From positions 1 to 59,818 of the forward strand of contig JACPAH010000002.1 in NCBI GenBank assembly GCA_016180925.1: a DNA stretch of 59,818 bases. Reading direction: 5' to 3'. The number at the start of each line of letters is the position of its first letter. Position 1 is the first letter of the stretch. The stretch comes from Candidatus Aenigmatarchaeota archaeon (GTDB lineage Archaea > Aenigmatarchaeota > Aenigmatarchaeia > GW2011-AR5). The translations under genes and the position numbers were made by a program. The notes beneath the pieces were generated by a model. It worked only from the letters and a program-made list of their open reading frames with translations. It had not been told where the DNA came from and did no database searches. Of the stretch, positions 33,419 through 41,956 are shown one piece after another.

Positions 33419-33778
33419 ATGGCAAAGATAATGGTCGTAGAGGATGAGGAACGATATATGGCGCAGATAGCGGAGATAGCGGAACGTGCAGGACACAGCG
33501 TTGTGAAATGTTATTATGGAGGAAGTGCGGCTGATGTTTACGACAGAGAAGTCCCGGATATGGTAGTCACTGATTTTTCATGCGGAATTACAACAGGCGT
33601 TGATGTAACAAGGCAAATAAGAGAAAGAGGAAGTGAAGTTCCTGTTTATATCCAGTCCATGCGGTCTATACCGGGTGGGCTCGTTGCAAGAAGCGGTGCA
33701 AACGGTTTCATCTTAAAGGGTAATCTTGATGCAGAACTCCCCCCTGTAATAAGAAAGCATTTTGGTGGTAGAGAATGA
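33419..33778 (+). CDS. stand-alone CheY-like response-regulator receiver domain
   Basis: KIMVVEDEE acidic pocket, MVVTDFS phospho-acceptor Asp context, ..VYIQSMRS.. Ser/Thr position, ANGFILKG Lys position; ATGA overlap with the rps8 start. Confidence 0.75.
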   Translation: MAKIMVVEDEERYMAQIAEIAERAGHSVVKCYYGGSAADVYDREVPDMVVTDFSCGITTGVDVTRQIRERGSEVPVYIQSMRSIPGGLVARSGANGFILKGNLDAELPPVIRKHFGGRE

Positions 33779-34161
33779 GGCATGACATACTTTCGGACGT
33801 GCTGTACGTGATGAACAATGCGGAAAAGATAGGCAGGGCTACCTGCACCATTCCGGCGTCGAACCTGGTGAAGAACGTCCTGAAAGTGCTGCAGAAGGAG
33901 AACTACATAGGGAGCTTCGAGTTTGCCGACGACGGCAAGTCCGGCCATTTTGCTGTCGAGCTCATAGGGAAGATAAACTTCTCGAGGTCCATAAAGCCCA
34001 GGTTCTTCGTCAAGAAGGACGACTACGAGAAGTGGGAGAAGAGGTACCTCCCTGCAAAGGGCTACGGCGTCATGATAGTCTCGACGTCGAAGGGCGTGAT
34101 GAGCCAGAAGGAGGCGGAAAAGCTCGGCATAGGAGGCCGCCTGCTCGGGTGTGTTTATTAA
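33775..34161 (+). CDS. rps8: 30S ribosomal protein S8 (uS8)
   Basis: D.LSD.L..MNNAE..G.......PAS.L....L.VL.KE.YI..FE. Confidence 0.92.
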   Translation: MRHDILSDVLYVMNNAEKIGRATCTIPASNLVKNVLKVLQKENYIGSFEFADDGKSGHFAVELIGKINFSRSIKPRFFVKKDDYEKWEKRYLPAKGYGVMIVSTSKGVMSQKEAEKLGIGGRLLGCVY

Positions 34162-34167
34162 ATCAAA

Positions 34168-34737
34168 ATGGAGAGACGAATAAAAATGGAGTACACAGCG
34201 CAGATTCCGGACGGAGTACAGGTTTCAGTCAGCGGAACCGCTGTCTCGGTGAAGGGGCCGCGCGGCGGTCTGGACAGGGATTTCGGCGACCCCAGGTACG
34301 ACACGGAGCTGGTGATGTCGGTTTCCGGGGACAAGTTCTCCGTGAAGACCGATTCCAAGAAGAGGAAGATATTCGCAATGGCAGGCACCATAGCGGGCCA
34401 CGTCAAGAATATGTGCATTGGCGTCACGAAGGGATACATGTACACGATGAAAATAGTCTACACCCACTTCCCGATAACGCTGTCCCTGAAGGACGGGCAT
34501 GTCGAGGTGAAGAACTTCCTCAGCGAGAAGGGCGTGAGGAGGGGGAAGATAATGGGCGACTGCGAAGTGAAGTTCGACAAGGAGTCCGTGACAGTGACGG
34601 GAAACGACCTGGAGAACGTCAGCCAGACGGCCGCCAACATAGAGCAGTCCTGCAGGCTGTCAGGGCGGGACAGGAGAATCTTCATAGACGGCATATATGT
34701 GTCCGGAAAGATGCTGGCCACGGGCGAGAAAATATAG
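34168..34737 (+). CDS. rpl6: 50S ribosomal protein L6 (uL6)
   Basis: ..IP.GV.V.V.G..V.VKGP.G.L.R.F.... pattern; alternative start at 34186. Confidence 0.9.
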   Translation: MERRIKMEYTAQIPDGVQVSVSGTAVSVKGPRGGLDRDFGDPRYDTELVMSVSGDKFSVKTDSKKRKIFAMAGTIAGHVKNMCIGVTKGYMYTMKIVYTHFPITLSLKDGHVEVKNFLSEKGVRRGKIMGDCEVKFDKESVTVTGNDLENVSQTAANIEQSCRLSGRDRRIFIDGIYVSGKMLATGEKI

Positions 34738-34747
34738 GGTGATTATA

Positions 34748-35230
34748 ATGAGCAAAAGATTCAAGTCGCAGGATTATTTCAGGTATCCTCGCCTCGGCAT
34801 CAAATGGAGAAGGCCGAAAGGCCTCCAGAGCAAGCTCCGGCTGAAGATAGGCGGCGCCGGAAAGCTCGTTGCTGTAGGATACGGCACCAGCAGAGAGAGG
34901 AGGAATACGATAAACGGCGTCAGGTATGCCGTGGTTTCAAATGCGGAGCAGCTCGGACAGACCGATTCCAGGACCGTCATAATATCATCCGCGACCGGCT
35001 CAAAGAAGGCCCTTGAGATATCCGAGAAGGCTGCGGGCCTCGGGATAAAGATACTCAACATGAAAAAAGTCAGGAAGTCGCGCGCCATACTGAAGAAGCT
35101 CCGGGACAAAAAGACGGCGCCTTCAAAGGACGCGGGGAAAAAGGAGGACGCCAAAAAGAAAGAAGAGGCCCTCCCAGAAGAAGAAAAGCCGCGCGAGAAG
35201 ACAAAAGCGCCTGCGGAGGCAAAGAAATAA
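34748..35230 (+). CDS. rpl32e: 50S ribosomal protein L32e (eL32) with a Lys/Glu-rich C-terminal tail
   Basis: ..F..QD..RY.RLG.KWRRP.G.QSK.R... motif; start moved to MSKRFKSQ. Confidence 0.88.
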   Translation: MSKRFKSQDYFRYPRLGIKWRRPKGLQSKLRLKIGGAGKLVAVGYGTSRERRNTINGVRYAVVSNAEQLGQTDSRTVIISSATGSKKALEISEKAAGLGIKILNMKKVRKSRAILKKLRDKKTAPSKDAGKKEDAKKKEEALPEEEKPREKTKAPAEAKK

Positions 35231-35394
35231 TGTTCATAGTGTTCGGAAGCGGAAAATGCCCGCTGTGCGGGGACTTCGGGACTGAAATCTCGGAAGAAAT
35301 ATACAAATGCGAGAAGTGCCTTGTCGCGTTCAACAACTTCGGCATATCCTCGCAGTCCGGGGCAAGGCAGGCGGAAACGAAATACTGGAACTGA
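35230..35394 (+). CDS. 54-aa zinc-ribbon-like protein inserted between rpl32e and rpl19e (below the ORF-track cut-off)
   Basis: hand translation MFIVFGSGKCPLCGDFGTEISEEIYKCEKCLVAFNNFGISSQSGARQAETKYWN; CPLC..CEKC; TAATG overlap upstream, stop 1 nt before the rpl19e ATG. Confidence 0.45.
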   Translation: MFIVFGSGKCPLCGDFGTEISEEIYKCEKCLVAFNNFGISSQSGARQAETKYWN

Positions 35395-35395
35395 G

Positions 35396-35878
35396 ATGTG
35401 GAACGACATGGACCTGAAATCACAGAAAAACATGGCATCAAAAGTCATGAAATGCGGGAAAAGCAGGGTATGGATAGACCCGGCCAGGATAGCCGACGCC
35501 TCGGACGCCATAACACTTGCCGACATAAGGAAGCTGATATCCGACGGCGTCATAAAAAAGCTTCCTGAAAAGGGGCAGGGCAGTTTCAGGGCGAAGAAGA
35601 CGGCGTCCCAGAAGAAGAAAGGCAGGCGGAAGGGCAGGGGCTCCAGAAAAGGTTCCGCGAAGACCAGGCTCCCAAAGAAAAAGACATGGATGAAGAAGAT
35701 ACGGGCCATCAGAAAACTCATAAAGCACCTGAAGAGCGAAGGAAAAATCGACAACAGGAGCTACAGGGATGTGTATGTCAAATCGAAGAGCGGCTTTTTC
35801 AGGAGCAAGTCGCACGTCATGATTTATCTTGAAAGGAACAACCTGCTGAAAGACCCGGGCAAGAAAGAGGAGAAATAA
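35396..35878 (+). CDS. rpl19e: 50S ribosomal protein L19e (eL19)
   Basis: DLKSQK..ASKVMKCGKSRVWIDP motif; alternative start at 35408. Confidence 0.9.
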   Translation: MWNDMDLKSQKNMASKVMKCGKSRVWIDPARIADASDAITLADIRKLISDGVIKKLPEKGQGSFRAKKTASQKKKGRRKGRGSRKGSAKTRLPKKKTWMKKIRAIRKLIKHLKSEGKIDNRSYRDVYVKSKSGFFRSKSHVMIYLERNNLLKDPGKKEEK

Positions 35879-36463
35879 ATGAACCAATACATAATGTTCA
35901 GGCGCAGAAGGGAGAAAAAGACCGACTACAGGCAGAGGCTGGCCCTCCTGAAGTCGAAGAAGACCAGGATGATAATAAGGCGCTCCCTGAAAGGGGTAAG
36001 GATACAGTTCACCAACTCCGGCCCTTCGGGCGATGTCGTCGTTGTCGAGAGGACATCGAAGAACCTTTCGGAGCTGGGGTGGAGCTGCCACAGCGCGAAT
36101 CTTCCGGCATCCTATCTCACGGGATTTCTGGCCGGCGCTGAAGCCCTCTCGAAAGGCGTCAAGGATGCCATAGTCGACATAGGGCTCCAGAATTCAGCCA
36201 GGTCATCCGGCCTTTATTGCGCCGCCGCCGGTGCCAGGGACGCAGGGGTCGCCGTAAACATCGGAGAGGAAGCGATACCGCCGAAGGACAGGATAAGCGG
36301 GAAGCACATAGCAGATTACGCGGCGAAGATAAAAAACAGCCCCGCATACCAGAGGCAATTCTCGTCATATTTAAAGAAAGGAATCAATCCTGAAAAAATA
36401 AACGAGATATTCAGCCACGTAAAGACCGAAATCGCCGCCAAATACGGCATAAAGGAAAGATGA
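35879..36463 (+). CDS. rpl18: 50S ribosomal protein L18 (uL18)
   Basis: ..FRRRREKKTDYRQRL.LL.S...R...R.S pattern. Confidence 0.9.
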   Translation: MNQYIMFRRRREKKTDYRQRLALLKSKKTRMIIRRSLKGVRIQFTNSGPSGDVVVVERTSKNLSELGWSCHSANLPASYLTGFLAGAEALSKGVKDAIVDIGLQNSARSSGLYCAAAGARDAGVAVNIGEEAIPPKDRISGKHIADYAAKIKNSPAYQRQFSSYLKKGINPEKINEIFSHVKTEIAAKYGIKER

Positions 36464-37194
36464 TAATGACAGAGTGGAAACCAAGAACCGAGCTGGGCAA
36501 GCAGGTCGCGGCCGGGACAATAACCCTGGAAGAAATATTCAGCACCGGGAAGAAGATAAAGGAGTCGGAGATAATAGACATGCTTCTCCCGGCTTTGCAG
36601 AGCGAGATAATCTTCATAGGAGGCTCTCCGGGGAAGGGCGGGGGCATAAAGAGGACGCCCACGAAAAGGACCGCGAGGATGCACCGCTCCGGAAGGCGGT
36701 ACAGGGTGTCAGCCCTTGCGGTCGTGGGCGACGGCAACGGATACATAGGAGTCGGCGCCTCGCATTCAAAGGAGCACAAGGATGCCGTTGACAAGGCCAT
36801 ACATAATGCCAAATTAAATGTCATAACGGTCAAGAGGGGCTGCGGCTCGTGGGAATGCAGCTGCGGCGGTAACCATTCCATACCCATAAGGATAACAGGC
36901 GGTGAGGGCTCCAACCGCGTCATGCTCATACCTGCGCCGAAGGGCATCGGACTCTGCATAAACGACGAAGCGAAAAAGGTACTGAAGCTTGCCGGCATCC
37001 GCGACGTATGGTCCAAGTCGTTCGGGGAGAGCAGGACCAGGTCAAATTACACGCTCTCCATATTCGACGCGTTCAGGCAAATGAACAGGATGAAGACGGA
37101 GGCCGTCGTGAAAAGGCCGAAGCCGGACGGCTCGCATGATTATCCGGACGAGGACGAAAAGTCCCGAAGAAAAAAGAAGGGCGATGACGAATGA
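36460..37194 (+). CDS. rps5: 30S ribosomal protein S5 (uS5) with an acidic/basic C-terminal extension
   Basis: W.P.T.LG..V..G.I...EEI...G..I.E.EI.D.L.P.L..E.......Q..T..G.R.RF.A.VV.GD..G..G.G. Confidence 0.9.
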   Translation: MIMTEWKPRTELGKQVAAGTITLEEIFSTGKKIKESEIIDMLLPALQSEIIFIGGSPGKGGGIKRTPTKRTARMHRSGRRYRVSALAVVGDGNGYIGVGASHSKEHKDAVDKAIHNAKLNVITVKRGCGSWECSCGGNHSIPIRITGGEGSNRVMLIPAPKGIGLCINDEAKKVLKLAGIRDVWSKSFGESRTRSNYTLSIFDAFRQMNRMKTEAVVKRPKPDGSHDYPDEDEKSRRKKKGDDE

Positions 37195-37517
37195 TGGCAG
37201 CCATAAGATTGCGCGGTTCGATAAAGGTCGGGAAGGCCATACTTGACACCATGAGGATACTGAAGCTTGACAGGGTGAATACGCTGAGCATTGTGGACGA
37301 CAGCCCTTCCGTAAAAGGGATGATAAAGAAAGTGGAGAATTTCATAACTTGGGGGGAAATTTCCGAGGACGCCGCGAAGAAGCTCGGCGGGAAGAAAGTT
37401 GTCCGCCTCCATCCGCTCAGGGGCGGGATGAGGTCGGTAAAGAAGAAGTATCCGAAAGGCGACCTCGGCTACAGAGGAGCCGGAATAAACGAGCTGATAG
37501 AGAAGATGATACAATGA
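37191..37517 (+). CDS. rpl30: 50S ribosomal protein L30 (uL30)
   Basis: ..IRLRGS......I.DT...L.L.R.N....V.D.P...GM..KV pattern and cluster position. Confidence 0.85.
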   Translation: MMAAIRLRGSIKVGKAILDTMRILKLDRVNTLSIVDDSPSVKGMIKKVENFITWGEISEDAAKKLGGKKVVRLHPLRGGMRSVKKKYPKGDLGYRGAGINELIEKMIQ

Positions 37518-37963
37518 GCGTAAGATTCAGGAAAAAGATAACGAGGCAGCGCGGAAGCAGCACGCACGGCTGGGGCTCCAAGAAAAAGCACCGCGGCGGC
37601 GGCTCCCTTGGCGGACGCGGCATGTCCGGATACCACAAGCACAAATTCTCTTTCGTTGTCAGCAAGGATCCGGAGCATTTCGGCTACAAGGGCTTCACTT
37701 CAATCGAAAAAAAGGACAAAACAATCAACATCGATGACATGAAAAGGCTTATGAATAAATCCGCGATTCCTTCAGGCTCTCAGAAGATTTCATCCTCTGC
37801 AGAGCTTATGAAGGACGGCGCTGTAGACCTGGTTTCCATGGGATACGGAAAGCTTCTGTCGAGGGGAAAAATAGACAAGGCCGTCACGGTCAGGGTAAGA
37901 AAGTTTTCGGCCAAAGCCAAGGAAAAGATAGAAGCAGCCGGCGGAAACATAGTATCCGAATAG
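37514..37963 (+). CDS. rpl15: 50S ribosomal protein L15 (uL15)
   Basis: ..R.K..RQRGS.THGWG.KK.HRG.G..GG.G..G..KH.. motif; start at the ATG overlapping the L30 stop. Confidence 0.9.
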   Translation: MSVRFRKKITRQRGSSTHGWGSKKKHRGGGSLGGRGMSGYHKHKFSFVVSKDPEHFGYKGFTSIEKKDKTINIDDMKRLMNKSAIPSGSQKISSSAELMKDGAVDLVSMGYGKLLSRGKIDKAVTVRVRKFSAKAKEKIEAAGGNIVSE

Positions 37964-37978
37964 CTTCAAGAGGAAAGG

Positions 37979-39496
37979 GTGAAAATGAATTTTGTTTCGA
38001 TTGCGTCAAGGCTTCCGGGCATAGAGGAGCCCAAGGTCCATCTCAATTTCAAGGCGAGGCTTAAGTGGACCGTTATAATACTCCTGCTTTTCATAATACT
38101 CTCGCACATAACTCTTTTCGGCGTGTCGCCAGAGGAGCGCCAGAGGTTCCAGTTCTTCGAGCTCATACTTGGCTCCTCCATCGGCACTCTGATGACGCTG
38201 GGCATAGGGCCTATCGTGACGGCATCCATAATACTCCAGCTTCTGGTCGGTTCCAAGATAATACCGTGGAACCTCAGGGACCCGGAAGGCAAGAGGAAGT
38301 TCCAGTCGGCGCAAAAACTCATGGTCATATTCTTCTGCGTGTTCGAGGCCTTCGCTTATGTGAGCTTCGGCGCGATAAAATCGTCTTCACCCGACTTCAC
38401 ACTGGTGCTTATAGCGCAGATAGCCTTCGGCGGCTACCTCGTGCTGCTCATGGACGAGGTGATTTCCAAGTGGGGCATAGGCTCCGGCGTCTCGCTCTTC
38501 ATAGCGGAGAACGTGTCGAGGACGATATTCGTCCGCGCATTGAATCCCCTGACACCGCTTGGCGAAACCATACCGTCCGGCCTCATACCGCAGTCCATCT
38601 CGTTCATAGGGCTGGGCGACATGTTCCAGGCCGCGATAGCATGGGTTCCGATAATCGCAACCGTGATAGTATTCCTGACTGTCGTCTACATACAGGCCAT
38701 GAAGGTGGAGATACCGCTCGCGTTCGGCAGCATACGCGGCTTCAGCCGGAGATGGCCCCTTAACATGATATACACGAGCAACATGCCCGTCATTCTTATC
38801 GCCGCTTTGCTTGCAAACCTCCAGCTCGTGGGCACGATGGTTGCAAGGCAGACCGAGGAAGGCCTCCGCTGCGGATTCCTCGGATGCTTCGACAGCAACA
38901 ACATCGCCATAAGCGGGATAGTGCAGTTCTTCCAGCCTGTCGCCTCGCTTCCGGTGCAGATATTCTTCCTCACGATACTTTCCATAGTGTTCATAACGGC
39001 TTTCGCTTCGTTCTACTTCAAGTTCAGGCACGGCCCCAGGATGGTACTGGCGGCAGGGACTGCCAGCGTCATGCTGGCTATTCTCATATCATCAGCTACG
39101 GTAGGCATGCCGACATGGGATGAATTCCTCCGCGCCGGCGTTTATTCTCTCCTGCTCATAGCCGGCTCTGTCATGTTCTCCGTTTTCTGGGTGTCGACAA
39201 GCGGAATGGACGCCAGGAGCGTCGCCGAGCAGATAGAAGGCCTCGGCATGCAGATACCTGGATTCCGCCGCGACCCAAGGATAATCGAGCAGGTCCTCAA
39301 CCGCTACATACCGACGCTTGCCATAATATCCGGCCTGTTCATCGGCACGCTGGCGGCAGTGGCCGACTTCACCGGCGCCCTCGGCACCGGCACAGGAATA
39401 CTGCTCATGGTGATGATAATCTACAATCTCTACGAGAATATAGCCAACAGGTACATGGAAGACATGCACCCGGCCATGAGGAAGTTCTTCAGGTAG
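37979..39496 (+). CDS. secY: preprotein translocase subunit SecY
   Basis: 10-TM pattern; ..LGIGPIVTASIILQLL.. plug/TM2 region; closes the cluster as usual. Confidence 0.93.
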   Translation: MKMNFVSIASRLPGIEEPKVHLNFKARLKWTVIILLLFIILSHITLFGVSPEERQRFQFFELILGSSIGTLMTLGIGPIVTASIILQLLVGSKIIPWNLRDPEGKRKFQSAQKLMVIFFCVFEAFAYVSFGAIKSSSPDFTLVLIAQIAFGGYLVLLMDEVISKWGIGSGVSLFIAENVSRTIFVRALNPLTPLGETIPSGLIPQSISFIGLGDMFQAAIAWVPIIATVIVFLTVVYIQAMKVEIPLAFGSIRGFSRRWPLNMIYTSNMPVILIAALLANLQLVGTMVARQTEEGLRCGFLGCFDSNNIAISGIVQFFQPVASLPVQIFFLTILSIVFITAFASFYFKFRHGPRMVLAAGTASVMLAILISSATVGMPTWDEFLRAGVYSLLLIAGSVMFSVFWVSTSGMDARSVAEQIEGLGMQIPGFRRDPRIIEQVLNRYIPTLAIISGLFIGTLAAVADFTGALGTGTGILLMVMIIYNLYENIANRYMEDMHPAMRKFFR

Positions 39497-39541
39497 AACT
39501 TCCTCATCGAAAACAGCGCCCGCAAGAACATAACAATCAGA

Positions 39542-39796
39542 TTATTTTTTGCCTTTGGCTTTGTTTCTTATAACCTCTTTCGTTTCAGTGTCGAGCACCA
39601 TTTTGACGTGATTCACGCCTCTTCCGGGTTTTTCGTAATCAGCCACCTTGTAGATGAATACAGGATTGTCATCGGGGTTGTACAGATAAGTGCCCGCATA
39701 ACTTCCTACGCGCACTTCAATCACCTTGAAACTCAATTTCCAGTCCTCGATGCGGCCGTAGCCATTATCTATCCGCGCCTCAAACATCATGGCCAT
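39542..39796 (-). CDS. hypothetical 84-aa protein
   Basis: ORF track only. Confidence 0.4.
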   Translation of the reverse strand: MAMMFEARIDNGYGRIEDWKLSFKVIEVRVGSYAGTYLYNPDDNPVFIYKVADYEKPGRGVNHVKMVLDTETKEVIRNKAKGKK

Positions 39797-39847
39797 GCAG
39801 AAGGTTTTCCTGAAAATTATTTATACCAATGACTTCATGTAATAGGA

Positions 39848-40210
39848 ATGCGCCGGATGTACAAACTCGGCATATCCATGTCGACATTCGTTTTCATCAT
39901 ACTTCTGGGCACCATCGCTTACCATAATCTCGAGAGATGGAATTACGTGGACTCGTTTTATTTTTCGGGAATAACGGTGATGACGGTGGGATACGGCGAC
40001 CTGCATCCGACAACGCCGGAGTCAAAAATATTCACTGTGTTCTTTGCGGCTGCGGGCATCGCCGTCGGCCTTGTTACCCTGACTTTTCTCGGCCAGCTCA
40101 TAATAGAAGGCAGGCGGCGCGCCGGAAGAAGATTCAATACCGCAGTCAGGAACCATCACAGGAGAATCAGAAAGTCGAAACGTGAAATCATCAAGGGCAG
40201 CAGGTTCTAA
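39848..40210 (+). CDS. minimal two-TM potassium channel (KcsA-like pore only)
   Basis: selectivity filter TVGYGD between two hydrophobic helices; basic C-terminal tail, no RCK domain. Confidence 0.8.
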   Translation: MRRMYKLGISMSTFVFIILLGTIAYHNLERWNYVDSFYFSGITVMTVGYGDLHPTTPESKIFTVFFAAAGIAVGLVTLTFLGQLIIEGRRRAGRRFNTAVRNHHRRIRKSKREIIKGSRF

Positions 40211-40235
40211 TACCGGCAGGATAATTATCATACTT

Positions 40236-40550
40236 ATGTACGACTTCCAGTACATCATAAGCACGCTGGCATTTTCCTTTGACGTCGTGGGCGCCATAAT
40301 ACTGACGCTTGCCGGCATAATCATCCTTTTCAGGATTTTCGACGCCGAGTTCATCTCGAGAAAAAGGAACTCGCACCGGGCATTGAGAAGGAATTTCACG
40401 CACCACATAAACTTCGCGCTTGAATTCTTCATCGCGGGCGACATACTGCGCACCGTGATAGCCCCCGACATCCAGAGCATAATGAAGCTAGGCGCCATAG
40501 TGGCGATAAGGGTTGTCCTCGGATACGTTCTTTCAAGGGAGTCAGAATAG
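40236..40550 (+). CDS. DUF1622-like small membrane protein
   Basis: ..LEFFIAGDILRTV..P......L.AIV.IR..L pattern; start moved downstream of the channel stop. Confidence 0.55.
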   Translation: MYDFQYIISTLAFSFDVVGAIILTLAGIIILFRIFDAEFISRKRNSHRALRRNFTHHINFALEFFIAGDILRTVIAPDIQSIMKLGAIVAIRVVLGYVLSRESE

Positions 40551-40609
40551 GCCGATTGCCGTAATGGATAACCTTAAATAGATATCAAAATAATATCAAA
40601 CTGATATGG

Positions 40610-40846
40610 GTGATAATTAAGGGTAAGGAAGTGACCTATACTTATCATCTTTATGAGAGGCTTTACAGAGTAAAGGACATTGACGTTGTGAATGAGACAT
40701 TGCTGACGGGCGAATGGAACGCCTTCGGCAAAGACATGTTCAAGGTGTCAAGGAAATTCAAGAAAAGAAAAATAACTCTGGTGGTCAAGGAACTGCCGGA
40801 CAGATTTAAAGTGATAACAGTAGAAGGCGATAAACATGAAATGTGA
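40610..40846 (+). CDS. small protein, possible toxin partner (weak DUF4258-like YHLYERLYRV.. segment)
   Basis: GTG start; 11-nt overlap with the downstream AbrB/zinc-ribbon gene. Confidence 0.4.
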   Translation: MIIKGKEVTYTYHLYERLYRVKDIDVVNETLLTGEWNAFGKDMFKVSRKFKKRKITLVVKELPDRFKVITVEGDKHEM

Positions 40847-41138
40847 ATGCGGGAGCGAAATGAAAATAGAAAAAGTGGAGGTTTTTCCCGGCTTGTTTAG
40901 CGAGGGGTACAAATGCCAGAAATGCGGCGAAATAGAGTTCAATGAGGAGCAGATGAGGAAAGCCTTGCTTGTGAAAGAAAAGGCAATAAAAATCATGGTC
41001 AAAAGAAAGCTTGGAAAGCTTGGCGAATCACTGATTCTTAGAATACCGAAATCCGTCGAAGAGTCATTGAACCTGAAATCGGGCGAGGACGTGAAGATAA
41101 TTGTCGAGAGAAATAAAATGATAATAGAATCCGACTAA
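40836..41138 (+). CDS. zinc-ribbon plus AbrB/MazE/SpoVT-like domain protein (antitoxin-like)
   Basis: MKCECG...CQKCG ribbon; LILRIPKSVEESLNLKSGEDVKI swapped-hairpin motif. Confidence 0.6.
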   Translation: MKCECGSEMKIEKVEVFPGLFSEGYKCQKCGEIEFNEEQMRKALLVKEKAIKIMVKRKLGKLGESLILRIPKSVEESLNLKSGEDVKIIVERNKMIIESD

Positions 41139-41208
41139 TGGAAATTTTCTTATCCTACATCATATCCAAAGCGCCTAAGCATCGGCGTGGCAATTCCCGC
41201 TGATTTTG

Positions 41209-41916
41209 TCAGAATAGCCTGACCACAATGAACGCAAAAAGCAGCATGCTTGCGAAGTCGGCGAGCGACGTCGTTATCGGCACGAGGAAGTTGTTCGGGT
41301 CCTCCTTCTTCCTGTATATGTAGATGCCGGCCGCGAGCGATGCCAGGAATATTATTCCAACGAGTATCATGGTGCACAAAACCGAGACAGCCATGACCTT
41401 CAGGAACACTGACGGGTCGAACGGGAAGCCGCCGTAATATGCCATGCCATATGATACCGCCCCGATGTACAGCGACGTTATCAGGGCGACGGCAAGAAGC
41501 GTCGCCATAAGCTTCCTAAGCCCAGGAGATTTCATCACGCCTGCCCTGATGCTTATCTTCCCTGTATAGAGCATGGCAGTGAACTTCGACGAGACTATGG
41601 TGCCGTAATCCCCTATCATGTCGTTCAGTGCCGGGAGCATTATCAGCAGCGGAATTATGGTGACGAGCTTTTCCTTCACGTTCTCAAGGCCCACGCCGCC
41701 TACCGAGCTTATGATGGCCGCTATTATAAGGATTTTCATGCTTTCCTTCATGATGACGGAAGCGATATGTGACCTCGTCCCGTATTCCTTCATGTAGAAG
41801 AGCGTCATGTAGGATATCCTGTGTTTCTTGTGCATTGAATGGATGACAGGGTGGTGCTTATGGCGCTTTATGCCGTGCAGCTTCGCGAATTTCTTGTCAA
41901 TCTTCAAAGGAGGCAC
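41209..41916 (-). CDS. MgtE-type divalent-cation transporter membrane domain protein
   Basis: ..IIPLLIMLPALNDMIGDYGTIVSSKF.. and five TM helices; the GTG start lies inside a repeat hairpin, so the true start may be further downstream. Confidence 0.7.
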   Translation of the reverse strand: MPPLKIDKKFAKLHGIKRHKHHPVIHSMHKKHRISYMTLFYMKEYGTRSHIASVIMKESMKILIIAAIISSVGGVGLENVKEKLVTIIPLLIMLPALNDMIGDYGTIVSSKFTAMLYTGKISIRAGVMKSPGLRKLMATLLAVALITSLYIGAVSYGMAYYGGFPFDPSVFLKVMAVSVLCTMILVGIIFLASLAAGIYIYRKKEDPNNFLVPITTSLADFASMLLFAFIVVRLF

Positions 41917-41954
41917 CTCCTTTGATATCTCAAAAAACTTCGTTCTTTGCAGAG
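41903..41954. repeat. family double hairpin between the two MgtE-domain genes (CAAAGGAG-gcac-CTCCTTTG, ATATCT, CAAAAAAC-ttc-GTTCTTTG, CAGAG)
   Basis: read directly; reads as the same consensus on either strand. Confidence 0.65.
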
Positions 41955-41956
41955 CT

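Noticed and set aside
34774-35754. 326-aa ORF on the - strand
   Set aside because: Antisense to rpl32e, the zinc-ribbon ORF and rpl19e; Phe/Ser/Leu-rich shadow frame.
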